From assembly GCA_002633005.1 (NCBI GenBank), contig NMRA01000077.1:248001-312000 (forward strand): DNA of 64,000 nucleotides, written 5' to 3'. The notes beneath the pieces were generated by a model, which saw only the letters and a program-made list of their open reading frames with translations, did not search any database and had not been told where the DNA came from. The DNA comes from Phoronis australis. Lineage: Eukaryota; Animalia; Phoronida. This document shows positions 62,254 to 64,000 of the stretch, in pieces; within the stretch, counting starts at the first letter, position 1; each line of letters starts with the position of its first letter. The position numbers and the translations under genes are program-made.

Positions 62254-64000
62254 CACCAGATGTCACTAGCAAGTCTGTGTACTGTTTTCTCTGTGCTATT
62301 ATATCTAGGTTACAATGAGTTGAAAATGCAAGTGTTGATATCCAAATGCTGTAGCCTCGTGTTCTCTTAACATACAAACCTGTAAGCTCAGAAGTTTTTC
62401 CTACTGTCTCTGTCTGCTGCCCGCTGATTGTTATCGACCATTTTATGGTATGCTGAGACATAGTTCAGTTTGTCATAGTTTAGGAGTAAATAGGTGGTAT
62501 CTAGTCCATGTTAACTTACCAAGTTGACAATCACCTGCATGACACTTCATTGATTATGTATACGGTAGATGATTCTTATTCAACAAATCTATGTTCTGTC
62601 CACACGTCAATTTTCAACATGTGGCAGGTGGTCAGTTGTGATCATAATTCCATGAAGTGCTGATTCCTAAGTGTTTGTTTAATGAATGTGAGAACACGTT
62701 GATGACACTAATACCAAGGCATCATTCATAATCATTAACATTAACAAAAGCTTATAACACAGCGGGGAAGGAGATTAATGGCTTACATTCACTTTTACAC
62801 TTTCCTTAATATTTTGATGGAAATTGTCCATAGGGTGATGAAAATCAACATCTTTGAAAGTATTTTTGTAGAAAGGAAGATGTGTCAAAAAGAGAGTTTG
62901 CTTTTGAAAATGTTGGTAATTTATCGTGGATGATCCTTAACATGTTTTGAAAAACTGCATTAATCAGTAAGATATCTGTGACATGCGATACTATCTCGCC
63001 AATTTCGGACAAAAGTCATTGCCAAAATGGCCGTTTTCACTTTTCAAGGACTTCTAACATTTTTATAAATGCCGCAGATTCTTGAAGCATTGTCTGATGG
63101 AGGTGCAGAACTTGGAAATCATTAAACAATTATTTAATTCTACTTAACTTTATCAAGAAATGATATTTTAAAAACAATTGCAAACATCTCGTGAGTTTCA
63201 GTTGCTAGTAAAGAGTAATAAATATTTGCTGTATTGGTTGCCAGAGAATATGTACCATTTCCTGACAGTATGTCACAAGTGTTTTATGTTCAAATAATTG
63301 CACTTATGGTATTGCAGTGGCTTTAATACGGATGTATTATTGATTAGTTGGATTTGGTTATGTTGGACAGGTTAGAATGCTCAAGCATGATTATGGCAGC
63401 AGGTGCAGAAAGTGTACAGGCTGACTAGTCATCGTGAGGACGTATCTCAAATGATGTGCTAGCAAGTGGTGTCTTCCATATTATTCATAGTGAACTATTG
63501 TCAGCCAGAGTAGTGAATAAAAACTGTGCTTTGAGCTGTGTGGTTCAAAATAGTGTATTAATTATCATGGAATGGGTATAAATTAAGTATCACTTGTGCC
63601 CTCTGATTTGTAAAACGATGTATATTACTTTTAAGTTAAAACAAGCAATTGAAACTACTATTATTTCTGAATCAGTAAAAGGGTGTTCTGTACTTTCAGT
63701 CATTAATCAGGCAGTTCTTCACTAAATCGCTTATTTTTTTTGATCAGTTAAGTTGCAGTGTTTCATCTATGATATTTGTTGGGACCACAGGCACCCTAAC
63801 ATGAAGCGTGATTGCATCACAGTTCAGTGGTTTGACTACAACAGCATTCAGTAGGTTGTAAAGTGTCAACAGGTCAAGCTTTTGCTTCAAGTGAAAGTGG
63901 CTGTTGTATTTTGATCACTGAAATGGACATTTTGAGATTATTGTTGAATTGGATCAATGAGCTAGATAGTATCAGCTCATTGGACCAATGTGCTAGATAA

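Overview
Intron-rich, repeat-rich animal genomic DNA, probably from an invertebrate (lophotrochozoan-like; taxon is an inference). It is not prokaryotic, and most entries in the ORF track are spurious or exon fragments. Three protein-coding genes are supported. (1) An intronless class A GPCR (1325-2320, +). (2) A complete 21-exon SF3B1 gene (56119 to 33534, -), which I spliced by hand to 3969 nt / 1322 aa with every phase consistent; intron 10 needs a GC donor. (3) A complete 5-exon COQ10 gene (56349-62253, +, 267 aa), head-to-head with SF3B1 with only 229 bp between start codons. The interval of about 2.4-33 kb is a nested transposon graveyard: a CR1/L2-type LINE, a BEL/Pao retrotransposon, LTR fragments (one with a perfect tRNA-Lys PBS, one with three heat-shock elements before a TATA box), TIR elements with dispersed motif arrays, MITEs, tRNA-derived SINE heads and long fold-back palindromes. 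Best leads: a candidate stop-containing poison micro-exon in SF3B1 intron 4, the SF3B1-COQ10 bidirectional pair that mirrors the human arrangement, the GC-AG intron, and the HSE-bearing LTR. No CRISPR array or intact novel enzyme system was found.
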